DNA from: Candidatus Woesebacteria bacterium RBG_13_46_13
GTDB lineage: Bacteria; Patescibacteriota; Microgenomatia; UBA8517
Direction of reading: 5' to 3'
DNA: 64,000 nucleotides
NCBI GenBank assembly: GCA_001791995.1
Contig: MGFR01000005.1
Coordinates: forward strand, 26,895 to 90,894
Shown here piece by piece: positions 10,000 to 18,337 of this stretch. A program made the position numbers and the translations under genes. Position 1 is the stretch's first letter, and every line of letters starts with the position of its first letter. Below the pieces are notes generated by a model, which was given only the letters and a program-made list of their open reading frames with translations, had not been told where the DNA came from and did not search any database.

Positions 10000-11080
10000 A
10001 AGGATATTCCTCGATAAAGTTTTTTAAGAAATTCCTAGCTTTTCTCGGTTCCAGCTTATAGAAAAAGGAGTCTTTGCTCCTATACGGCACGCCGATGTCT
10101 CTGAGAAGTACTAAATTTAAATATTTTCCTGTCGATTTCTTGTCACGCATCATAATCTTTAACAAATCGTCTACATCAAGGTTTTTCTCAACATAAATGT
10201 TGAGGCCAAGCTTTTTCATCATGGAAATAATATTTTCCACCGAAGAAGATTTGGTTAATCCCATCATCTTTCCAAGCTCAAGGGCAATTACACTACCGGC
10301 CGAAATGGCGTCGCCGTGAAGAATTCGATAATTACTGAGCTTTTCAATAGCGTGGCCAAAAGTATGCCCGAGATTACTAGCCTGGGGATGCACTTTCCTA
10401 ATCGTTATTCTAACCCTGATTGTTTCTTCTATCATCGAGGTTAAATCGCTTTTCTTTCTTGATTTGATATACCAACCCATCGTCGTAATCAATTTTTTCG
10501 ATCCCAAAAGGCCATATTTAAAGACTTCCGATAAACCCTGGCGGTGAAAGTGGGGCAGATTGGTATCTAAGAAATAGATATTGCAATAAACGAAAAGTGG
10601 ATAATAGAATGTCCCCAATAAATTTTTCGAGTATTCTGTATTTAAGCAGGTTTTACCTGCCGTTGAGGCGTCAACCATTCCGATTAATGTAGTCGCAATT
10701 ACTGCAAACGGTAACCCTCGCATATAGGTTGAGCAGGTAAAACCGACCAAATCGATAACCGTTCCTCCACCAACACAAATTACTAAATCGGCAAGGTTAC
10801 AATTATTTTTTTCTAAAAAGGAGACTAATTTAGGGTAGAAGGACAAAGATTTACTTGCTTCATTGGCGTTTACTTCGAATGTGATAATTTCTTTCTTGTG
10901 TCGCTTGAGCTGTAATCTTATTTTTGTCCCATAAATTCGTTTCACCTTCCTGTCTATTACCAATATCATTCGATTATATTTCTCGGAGTTGAAATTACCA
11001 ATCCAGCCCATTTTGGGCTTATCGTCGATAATAAACTCTATTCTGTTTTTTGTATGATAGGTTGTTTGTAAAGTTTTCAT
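9938..11080 (-). CDS. 3-dehydroquinate synthase-family sugar-phosphate cyclase (DHQS/EEVS/DOIS superfamily)
   Basis: Aligns by eye with AroB: VICVGGGTVIDLVGFTCSTYMRGLPFAVIATTLIGMVDASTAGKTCLN...NLLGTFYYP versus [46 protein letters not shown]...NMIGAFYQP. Later ...LGHTFGHAIE... metal-binding His pair. Confidence 0.8.
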   Translation of the reverse strand: MKTLQTTYHTKNRIEFIIDDKPKMGWIGNFNSEKYNRMILVIDRKVKRIYGTKIRLQLKRHKKEIITFEVNANEASKSLSFYPKLVSFLEKNNCNLADLVICVGGGTVIDLVGFTCSTYMRGLPFAVIATTLIGMVDASTAGKTCLNTEYSKNLLGTFYYPLFVYCNIYFLDTNLPHFHRQGLSEVFKYGLLGSKKLITTMGWYIKSRKKSDLTSMIEETIRVRITIRKVHPQASNLGHTFGHAIEKLSNYRILHGDAISAGSVIALELGKMMGLTKSSSVENIISMMKKLGLNIYVEKNLDVDDLLKIMMRDKKSTGKYLNLVLLRDIGVPYRSKDSFFYKLEPRKARNFLKNFIEEYPYGRKNCASLLKSETLTYQDA

Positions 11081-11083
11081 TTT

Positions 11084-11842
11084 CTATTTTTGGTCAAGGT
11101 TTTGAACAAGTAGTTTACCACCAGATATTTCAACATCGGCACCGGTGATGTATGCGGATGCTTCAGACGCAAGAAATAAAATGCCCTTTGCCACATCTTC
11201 CGGTTTTCCTACTCTTTTCATAGCTATCTGAGAAGTTACCACCTTGCTTTTTTCGCGAGCAAGTTTTTTTGTCATGTCTGTAAGAATAAATCCCGGAGAA
11301 TAGGAATTTACTCTTATTCCATATTTTGCCCATTCGGCAGCCATAATTTTTGTAAGGCCAAGTACGGCAATTTTACTCACCGAATAAACGCTTCTATTAA
11401 GAGACGGTATTTTTGCTGCCAAGGAACCAGCATTAATTATTACACCATGTCTGATTTTTCTCATGTGTTCTGCAATTTTTTTTGAGGCAAAAAAAAGAGA
11501 TTTAAGATTTGTATTCATAATCATATCCCACTCTTCTTCTGTGGTATTCGATAGCAAACCTTCGGGGTATATCCCTGCGTTATTTATCCAAATATCTATA
11601 TCTTTTTTTTGGGTAAACTCTGAGATCCATTTTTCAATTCCTGCGATATCATTGACGTCCAGCGTTACCGATAGAAAATTTTTAGATCGAATATTTACAG
11701 GTTTGGTCCTTGATAAATTTACCACTGACGCCCCTGCGTCAAGAAAGGCACTGGCAACGGCATTACCGATTCCCCTCGAGGCTCCGGTTATTACAACGGT
11801 CTTTCCTCGAAAATTGTATTTTATTTCTGGGCTTTTTTTCAT
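11084..11842 (-). CDS. SDR-family NAD(P)-dependent oxidoreductase
   Basis: TVVITGASRGIGNAVA (TGxxxGxG), NNAG, catalytic YSVSK (YxxxK). Confidence 0.85.
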   Translation of the reverse strand: MKKSPEIKYNFRGKTVVITGASRGIGNAVASAFLDAGASVVNLSRTKPVNIRSKNFLSVTLDVNDIAGIEKWISEFTQKKDIDIWINNAGIYPEGLLSNTTEEEWDMIMNTNLKSLFFASKKIAEHMRKIRHGVIINAGSLAAKIPSLNRSVYSVSKIAVLGLTKIMAAEWAKYGIRVNSYSPGFILTDMTKKLAREKSKVVTSQIAMKRVGKPEDVAKGILFLASEASAYITGADVEISGGKLLVQNLDQK

Positions 11843-13170
11843 TTTTGTAAATACAGATGGACATCCCCAACCCCGGTTCCGGTTGGTTTCATTTTGATTA
11901 ATGAACCCAACTTTGAATGAAAAACATAGCTATCATTGTTTTGCAGATATTTTTCGACTTTCAGCTTCATAAGCGAAATCCTTTCCAAATCTTCGTTGTC
12001 AACCATCGCGCCCCCAATGCCCTTGATGAAATCGATGCCGTCAGTCCCCAAACCAGCCATGACAAATCTTTTCTCCTTAGGCAATTTTTTGGTCAAATTA
12101 GCAACAAGCTCCTGATTCCTTCCTCCCCTTCCTGTCCCTTTTACCTTCACCGAAATCTCACTATTAAATAATATTGCGATAGGCCTAGAGCTATCTTCTG
12201 ACAAGGCCCTTATTATAGAGGCAATTTTTTCGGACGCAAAATCCATTTTCCCCACAACCGGGGGTTTATTAATAATCACAGCATATCCTAACTCTTTGGC
12301 CCTTTTGGCCATGGCTGATAGAGCAGTTGTCGAATCGGCCAAAATATAATTGTGGACATTTTTAAATATTGGGTCCCCTGGTTTAGGAGTCTCATCGACT
12401 TCTCCCCGAACTCCCTTTTTCAGATGACGCTTGATTGATCCAGGAATTTTGCTATAGAGACTATGTTTCCTCAAAATTCTGTCTGCGTCTGAATAGGTAG
12501 AAGTGTCGGGCTCCGTGGGACCGCCGGCAACAACATCCTTGGGGTCAATGAGGTCAGAGATGGTTATGCATATTATTCTCGCCGGCTGAAAACTTTTAGC
12601 TAGCTGTCCTCCCTGAATTCGAGAAAGGTGTTTCCTAACTATCTGAATTTCCCTCGTAGGAACACCTCCTTTGGTCATTAATTCGACAGTTTTCCGCATA
12701 TCCCCAAGCGATATGCCTTCCTGGGGAGAAAACATGGATGCGGATCCACCTCCCGAAAGCAAGCAGATCACCGTGTCTTCCTTGTCAATTCTTGTCGCAG
12801 CCTTCAATATTGTTTCCATTCCTCTTATTGCCCCCGCCGATGGCAGCGGATGGGTTACTTTTTGTATCTTAATCTTGGTCGTTTTAACAACGTTCGGAGA
12901 ATTGACTAACCCGAAGTATATCTTTCCTTTTGGAAATTTCTTTTCCAATTGACTAGCCATATTGGCTGAAGCTTTTCCGCCCCCGATTATAAATAACCTT
13001 CCTTTGGCCAAATCAAACCTATCCCCTTCGATAATGAGCTTATTGTTTTGATAATGTATTTTTCCCGATATCGCCACCGCTGGGGTTACACTTATGAGTC
13101 CTGCCTTAAGGATATCCAAGGCCTCCTTTTTTAAACCTTTGGAATATTTTGAACGAAAGATATCTTTCAC
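11839..13170 (-). CDS. MOFRL/DUF4147-family kinase (glycerate 2-kinase GckA-like)
   Basis: N-terminal IIGGGKASANMA; C-terminal MOFRL signature KGTGRGGRNQELVANL and GTDGIDF. Confidence 0.7.
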   Translation of the reverse strand: MKDIFRSKYSKGLKKEALDILKAGLISVTPAVAISGKIHYQNNKLIIEGDRFDLAKGRLFIIGGGKASANMASQLEKKFPKGKIYFGLVNSPNVVKTTKIKIQKVTHPLPSAGAIRGMETILKAATRIDKEDTVICLLSGGGSASMFSPQEGISLGDMRKTVELMTKGGVPTREIQIVRKHLSRIQGGQLAKSFQPARIICITISDLIDPKDVVAGGPTEPDTSTYSDADRILRKHSLYSKIPGSIKRHLKKGVRGEVDETPKPGDPIFKNVHNYILADSTTALSAMAKRAKELGYAVIINKPPVVGKMDFASEKIASIIRALSEDSSRPIAILFNSEISVKVKGTGRGGRNQELVANLTKKLPKEKRFVMAGLGTDGIDFIKGIGGAMVDNEDLERISLMKLKVEKYLQNNDSYVFHSKLGSLIKMKPTGTGVGDVHLYLQK

Positions 13171-13886
13171 TTGATAATTTTTAACAGTTTGTTTTCGGCG
13201 ATTGTCAAATCATTCTGGTCGTCTATTTCCTGCCACGGGATACCTTTAATGTCCAATACAAAAAGGTGTTCCGTCTTAAGAAATTCTTTAATGGGCTTTT
13301 CAATCTGTACTCCTTCTCCCCTCGCTTTTTTCACTACATCTTCGGCAATCTGGAAATATTTCAGGGCTCCCTCTTTTGAAAACTTATACATCCCCAAAAC
13401 TCGTTTACTCTTCTCTTTTAGTCCCCTCCCCATTTCAAGAACTTGATGCCCTTTTATCCTGACATTCATCGAATTTGTTTCCACGACCCCAGATGAGTCA
13501 ACCACGGTAACGTTTTGACGTGGATCTTTGATTAACTTGGTTAAAATCTTTTTATTAAACAGAACGTCTCCATTAACAAGAATGAATTCGCCATCCAGAT
13601 CCTTCCTCGCTATGAATAAAGAGTTTAAGTTGTCGGTAGAAGAATATTTCTTGTTCAGTCGATAAATTAATCGACATTGATTATATTTTTGTCCGAGTAT
13701 TTTTCTAAACATCGTCCCCCTATAACCCACCACGACAACGACCTCGCTAAACCCCATCTCTGAAAAATTATCTAATAAGTAAGCAATTAGCGGTTTACTT
13801 CGGATACGAACTAAAGATTTGGGGCAATTTTTTGTATAAGGGAGAAGTCGCCTCCCTGTTCCTGCTGCCAAGATTACTGCTTTCAT
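13167..13886 (-). CDS. sugar/polyol-phosphate nucleotidyltransferase (NTP_transferase fold; LicC/IPCT/ValB-like cytidylyl- or guanylyltransferase)
   Basis: MKAVILAAGTGRRLLPYTKNCPKSLV (G-x-G-T-R-L motif), ...LVNGDVLF... Confidence 0.8.
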   Translation of the reverse strand: MKAVILAAGTGRRLLPYTKNCPKSLVRIRSKPLIAYLLDNFSEMGFSEVVVVVGYRGTMFRKILGQKYNQCRLIYRLNKKYSSTDNLNSLFIARKDLDGEFILVNGDVLFNKKILTKLIKDPRQNVTVVDSSGVVETNSMNVRIKGHQVLEMGRGLKEKSKRVLGMYKFSKEGALKYFQIAEDVVKKARGEGVQIEKPIKEFLKTEHLFVLDIKGIPWQEIDDQNDLTIAENKLLKIIK

Positions 13887-13991
13887 CGAATAATATACCT
13901 CTTACAATGCTATAGAATACTAAATTATCCAGGCTATAACAAATAAGGCCCTGCGTAGACAAAATAGGAAGCCAGTGATAACATCTTCGTT
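13887..13991. promoter_or_regulatory. divergent intergenic region (105 bp) between the nucleotidyltransferase operon (-) and the GAPDH-like/CDP-alcohol phosphotransferase pair (+); probable bidirectional promoter
   Basis: One of only three non-coding gaps over 90 bp in the window. AT-rich with -10-like hexamers (tagaat, tacaat). Confidence 0.3.
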
Positions 13992-15038
13992 ATGAACAAG
14001 CTTAGAATAGGCATTAATGGGTTTGGGCGTATCGGTCGGGCAATATATCGGATAAACCACCTCAAACATTTATTCGATATTGTAGCAATCAACGACATTA
14101 ATCCAGATAATCACAACATAGCTTATCTTCTTCAATATGATTCCACCTACGGTAAATTTCCCGAAAAAGTCCGAGACGATAAAAAGCATTTAATGATCGG
14201 GGGTAAAAAGATTTACGTATATCATCAGGATAATATTTCCGACGTGCCCTGGGACAAACACGGTGTGGATATCGTAATAGAAAGTTCAGGGGTAAGGACA
14301 AATTTAGACAATTTGGATAAGCTACGAGACAAAATTAAAAACGTAATAGCAACGTATGATCCCGGCAATATTGCTAAAAGCATTATTCTTGGGGTTAATG
14401 AAAAATCTGTAAACCCTTCTACTAATTTCCTATTCTCTGCTAGCATTTGCGATGCCGTGGCTCTGGCTCCTATTGTAGATATCATCCTCAAATCAAATAA
14501 TATAGTATCGGGTTTTTTAACGACAATTCATCCTTGGTTATCATATCAAAACCTTCTTGATGGTCCATCTAAATCGTGGACGCATCCTGGAGATGTTTTT
14601 TCCCATTATGCTTTAGGAAGATCTTCTGTCTCGAATATTATCCCCAAATCGACTTCTGCTGTCCAAGCAACTGAAAAAGTTATACCTAAATTAAATAATA
14701 AGATAATATCTTTTTCTTTCCGTAGCCCGACAAACATCGTCTCGGGCGCAGTGCTCACCCTATTACTTAAAAAACCAACTACGTATAACAGGTTCGTTTC
14801 GATATTTAAGAGATCTGAAAAAAAGCAAAAATATAACATTTTAAAGAATTCTGTCGAGCCATTAACTTCGATTGATTACATAGGAGAAGAGTATTCTGCA
14901 ATAATTGATCATCGGTGGACGAAGGTCAACAACAAACGGCACGTGGAATTAGTCTATTGGTATGATAATGAATGGGGCTACGGCAATAAAGTGATAGAAT
15001 TAATTTCTTTGATAGGCAAAAGGTACAAATCTAGATAA
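13992..15038 (+). CDS. divergent glyceraldehyde-3-phosphate dehydrogenase-family dehydrogenase (GAPDH/E4PDH-like)
   Basis: INGFGRIGR Rossmann motif, YDSTYGKF, catalytic region SASICDAVALAP (Cys retained with a one-residue insertion relative to ASCTTNCLAP), TTIHPW (His retained), VSNIIPKSTSAVQA, WYDNEWGYGNKVIELI. Confidence 0.8.
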   Translation: MNKLRIGINGFGRIGRAIYRINHLKHLFDIVAINDINPDNHNIAYLLQYDSTYGKFPEKVRDDKKHLMIGGKKIYVYHQDNISDVPWDKHGVDIVIESSGVRTNLDNLDKLRDKIKNVIATYDPGNIAKSIILGVNEKSVNPSTNFLFSASICDAVALAPIVDIILKSNNIVSGFLTTIHPWLSYQNLLDGPSKSWTHPGDVFSHYALGRSSVSNIIPKSTSAVQATEKVIPKLNNKIISFSFRSPTNIVSGAVLTLLLKKPTTYNRFVSIFKRSEKKQKYNILKNSVEPLTSIDYIGEEYSAIIDHRWTKVNNKRHVELVYWYDNEWGYGNKVIELISLIGKRYKSR

Positions 15039-15042
15039 TCAT

Positions 15043-15801
15043 ATGAACAAAGTGCCCTCAGTTAAAGAACTGTATAAAAAAATAAGTAAAAATGTTCTTA
15101 CCCCCAATACCGCATTCACTTACGAATTGTGGTATTCCCGACTTATCGGAAGACGGCTTTCAATATACTTTACGTGGTTATTTCTTCATACAAACCTCAG
15201 CCCAAATAATGTCACATTAATCCACACCATTTTTAGTCTAGGCGGATCTGCCTTGTTAGCCATACCCAATAAGACAGCTCTTCTTGTTGGCGCACTTTTC
15301 TTTAACCTCTATCTTATCTTAGATAGCACCGACGGTGAGATGGCAAGGTATAAGAAACAAACAAGTGCATTGGGTGGCTATCTCGATACTCTCTCGCACA
15401 TCGCAATTTACGGCACATTATATCTTGCACTTGGTGTTAATCTTTACTTAAGAACGGGTAATGTTTGGGCTGTCTCGATGGGAACAGCCACCGCGTTTTT
15501 CTTCGCTTTTGCTTCAGCCGTACATCACCTTGATCCTCTCTTAAACAAGATGTCTTATCTAAAGATGAGGGAACGAGAAAATAAACTCATTTTCATATCT
15601 ACTAATATTTATCAGTTTGTAACCGAAGATTTAACAATTGTGGCGTATATCCTCATCTTTGGATTACTTGGTTATCCTAAAATACTCGGTTACGACCCAT
15701 ACACTCTTTTTCTATACCTGAATTTCTTTGCGATTGTGTTTGGGGGAATTCTATTTAATATTGTGAAGAAAATCATGGATCCGAGATACCATAGATCTTA
15801 A
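15043..15801 (+). CDS. CDP-alcohol phosphotransferase-family integral membrane enzyme
   Basis: DSTDGEMARYKKQTSALGGYLDTLSH matches D-G-x2-A-R-x8-G-x3-D-x3-[D->H]. About 6 TM helices. 4-nt convergent overlap with the minus-strand GT4. Confidence 0.6.
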   Translation: MNKVPSVKELYKKISKNVLTPNTAFTYELWYSRLIGRRLSIYFTWLFLHTNLSPNNVTLIHTIFSLGGSALLAIPNKTALLVGALFFNLYLILDSTDGEMARYKKQTSALGGYLDTLSHIAIYGTLYLALGVNLYLRTGNVWAVSMGTATAFFFAFASAVHHLDPLLNKMSYLKMRERENKLIFISTNIYQFVTEDLTIVAYILIFGLLGYPKILGYDPYTLFLYLNFFAIVFGGILFNIVKKIMDPRYHRS

Positions 15802-16955
15802 TCCTCCTTTTGCCTTACAGAATAAATACTTTTGAGAATGGCTTCGACCAACTGATCGATTCCGAAAGAGTTAATTATTCTACGACTCTCCATGCCAAAT
15901 CTTACTCTTTTCGATCGATCCTTAAGTAATTTTTCTATTGCAGTAACCATTTTATTAATATTTCCCGAAGGGAATATATATCCATTGACCCCGCTCTTTA
16001 TCAAATCCGCTCCAGCTCCAACCTTATCCCCTGTAATTACCGGTAGACCGCTAGCCATTGCTTCATTAATAACCATCCCCCAGGTTTCTTCTCTGGATGG
16101 TAAAACAAAAATATCAGAAATTCCGTAATATTTTGGTAATAATTTATTGTCCACGAAGCCTGTTAGGATTACCTTTTTTGTTAATCTATTATCTCTAATA
16201 TATTTTTCTATTCCTAACATTTCCATACCGTAGCCAACCATTAACAAGGTCGCATTCGGAAATGATAATAGAATCTTCTTGAAAGCTTCAAGCAAGTCGT
16301 AAACACCTTTCCTTATAATTAGTTGGCCATTAAACATCACAACTCTGTCTTTGGGGCCGATGCCCAACTTTTTTCTCAGTGCTACCTTTTCCGCCCAACT
16401 GGCTTTTGAAACTAGAGAGAAAAGCTTAACATCTATTGCCGAATATCCGACAAATATTTTTTCCTTTTTAGCCCCCAATTTAACTAGGTAGTTCTTGGCT
16501 CTTGTCCCCGCAGCAATATAAGCATCGGCACAATTAACCATAAATTTCGTTAGAGGCATAAACACTTTTCTTCTCCAATTATCTTCGTAAACTGTGCTTT
16601 CGGAACGGAGAATCAGTTTTTTACCGAACAGTTTGCAATATATTGCCGATACATATGATGGAAAGTCTGCCCAACCCGGGGCAATAACAACATTCGGCTT
16701 TGAAATTAGCAATTTTTTCAAAAAATTGAAGGAAACAGTAAATGGAATATAGTCATTTTTCCCAAAAGGTATATCGAAGGATTTCAGGATCTGGTATTTA
16801 AATTTGATGGTTTTTCGGTTAACCTGCCACCTTCTATTTTTCGCAGATATGGAATAGAAAAAAACCATAAGATCTATTCCTGGTTCCCTAGAGAGATCCT
16901 TTAAAATGGGGATTGCCCGGGGAGGAATAGTCGGGTTAAGAAGAAGAACTTTCAT
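15798..16955 (-). CDS. GT4-family glycosyltransferase
   Basis: PSREETWGMVINEAMASGLPVITGD (EX7E motif); GT-B layout. Confidence 0.8.
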   Translation of the reverse strand: MKVLLLNPTIPPRAIPILKDLSREPGIDLMVFFYSISAKNRRWQVNRKTIKFKYQILKSFDIPFGKNDYIPFTVSFNFLKKLLISKPNVVIAPGWADFPSYVSAIYCKLFGKKLILRSESTVYEDNWRRKVFMPLTKFMVNCADAYIAAGTRAKNYLVKLGAKKEKIFVGYSAIDVKLFSLVSKASWAEKVALRKKLGIGPKDRVVMFNGQLIIRKGVYDLLEAFKKILLSFPNATLLMVGYGMEMLGIEKYIRDNRLTKKVILTGFVDNKLLPKYYGISDIFVLPSREETWGMVINEAMASGLPVITGDKVGAGADLIKSGVNGYIFPSGNINKMVTAIEKLLKDRSKRVRFGMESRRIINSFGIDQLVEAILKSIYSVRQKED

Positions 16956-18337
16956 CGTTTTCGAAAAAACATCATATTAGCTATCCTGGCAAAAATATCT
17001 GTGGAACCTATATAAAAGATAAATAATGGACTAAAAAACATTGCCATTCTCCGAGCCGAATCAGGAATGTGATCCCAACCAGGATAATTTAGGCTAAATA
17101 GATAAGTACCAACTATCAATATGACAAAGTTTGCAGCAATGATAAGTAAAAGGGTACTTCTCCCCGCTTTAGATTTCTGTACAAAACTCACTACGGCAAT
17201 CGTAATGAAGATGGGAAATAAAATTCCCCAGCTAATTATCACGCTACTATAAACAAACGAAAGGATTTCTTTAATCCTATCTGGGTCAAGTTTCTGAACT
17301 AATTCTACGGCTGCTCCGGACAGCTGGTTGGCTACTCCCCTTGCCTTTCCAAAAAACTTTACCATAAGAAATCTCCACGGAAGCTGAATTGCAAAAAAAG
17401 GGACCGAATAAATAAACGGGTAAAAGTATTTCCGTTTCCATACTGCGTAAACAACAAGAACAATGAGGCCCGCAAGCCAGAAGGGTTCGACGTCTCTCGC
17501 CCAAGTACTTAACCCCACCATAAGTCCGGATAAAATTAAGTAACGTTTTTTCTGCTTTTCCATAGACAAAAAGAGATATATCATCCCTAAAACGAAATAA
17601 ATTGTGTATGGAAGGTTTGTATAAGAAATCGTAGAGTGCTTAAGAAGAATTGGGGTTGAAACGACGAGAAGAGTTGCCAGCAAACTTGCACGCCTGGTTG
17701 TAAATCTTCGCAATGATGCGCCGAAAATCATTACAAAAGAGAGAAATTGCATGCTATAAACAAATTGAGGATTATGACCATTAAAAATATATACGATCGC
17801 ATGAAGGAGAGAAGTTAATAAAGGGTAATGTGCAAAATATGAATAATTACTGGCAACTTGGACGAAGTAACCCGTCCGAGTGATAACTTTAGCGCGAAAA
17901 TCGTATAGAGCTAATGCGTCCCATTCATTAACTGGCCAATAGAGGGTAGAGAGAAGACTCATCAAGATAAATCCAGCAATTACAATTGTTAGAGTTTTTT
18001 CCCCGAAAGGGAAGTTAGAGAAAGATCTTATTAGAGATAAGAACTTATGTCGAAAATTGCCCCTCTTCCTCCGAAGAGTCGCCTTCAAGAAATAAATAAA
18101 ACCAGCGGCCACAACTAAAATAGAAGGGCCGGTAATCTTCATCCCGAAGAGAGACAATACAAAGAGGATAAACGTAAATAAACCAGTCCCAAGTAGATAA
18201 GAAAAACCCAAATGCTCGAGCATTTCCGCGTCGGGATTTATTAACGAACTAGCAAGATGTCCAAACCAGCAAATAAGTAGAATTATTATCAATACCTGCA
18301 TAATATTAGTTATGTTTTGATTTTGATTACTCCCCAA
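16952..18337 (-). CDS. polytopic membrane protein, family 'A' (unknown; candidate GT-C or polymerase/ligase-like)
   Basis: 461 aa, about 12 TM. Shared motifs with 19313..20611: WDALALYDFRAK, SYTNLPYTIYFVLG, STWARDVEPFW. Confidence 0.45.
   Translation of the reverse strand: MGSNQNQNITNIMQVLIIILLICWFGHLASSLINPDAEMLEHLGFSYLLGTGLFTFILFVLSLFGMKITGPSILVVAAGFIYFLKATLRRKRGNFRHKFLSLIRSFSNFPFGEKTLTIVIAGFILMSLLSTLYWPVNEWDALALYDFRAKVITRTGYFVQVASNYSYFAHYPLLTSLLHAIVYIFNGHNPQFVYSMQFLSFVMIFGASLRRFTTRRASLLATLLVVSTPILLKHSTISYTNLPYTIYFVLGMIYLFLSMEKQKKRYLILSGLMVGLSTWARDVEPFWLAGLIVLVVYAVWKRKYFYPFIYSVPFFAIQLPWRFLMVKFFGKARGVANQLSGAAVELVQKLDPDRIKEILSFVYSSVIISWGILFPIFITIAVVSFVQKSKAGRSTLLLIIAANFVILIVGTYLFSLNYPGWDHIPDSARRMAMFFSPLFIFYIGSTDIFARIANMMFFRKR

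Noticed and set aside
9938-11080. Calling the cyclase 'AroB, shikimate pathway 3-dehydroquinate synthase'
   Set aside because: Family membership is solid, but the context argues against an aromatic-amino-acid role. It sits next to a VOC protein, an SDR, a kinase and a nucleotidyltransferase, with no neighbouring aro genes, all inside a glycan locus. I therefore kept the call at the family level; sub-family assignment cannot be made by eye.
11839-13170. Interpreting the MOFRL protein strictly as central-metabolism glycerate 2-kinase
   Set aside because: The motifs support the family, but it is co-operonic with the nucleotidyltransferase and cyclase. A role phosphorylating the pathway intermediate (cyclitol or glycerate) is at least as likely, so a specific substrate is not asserted.
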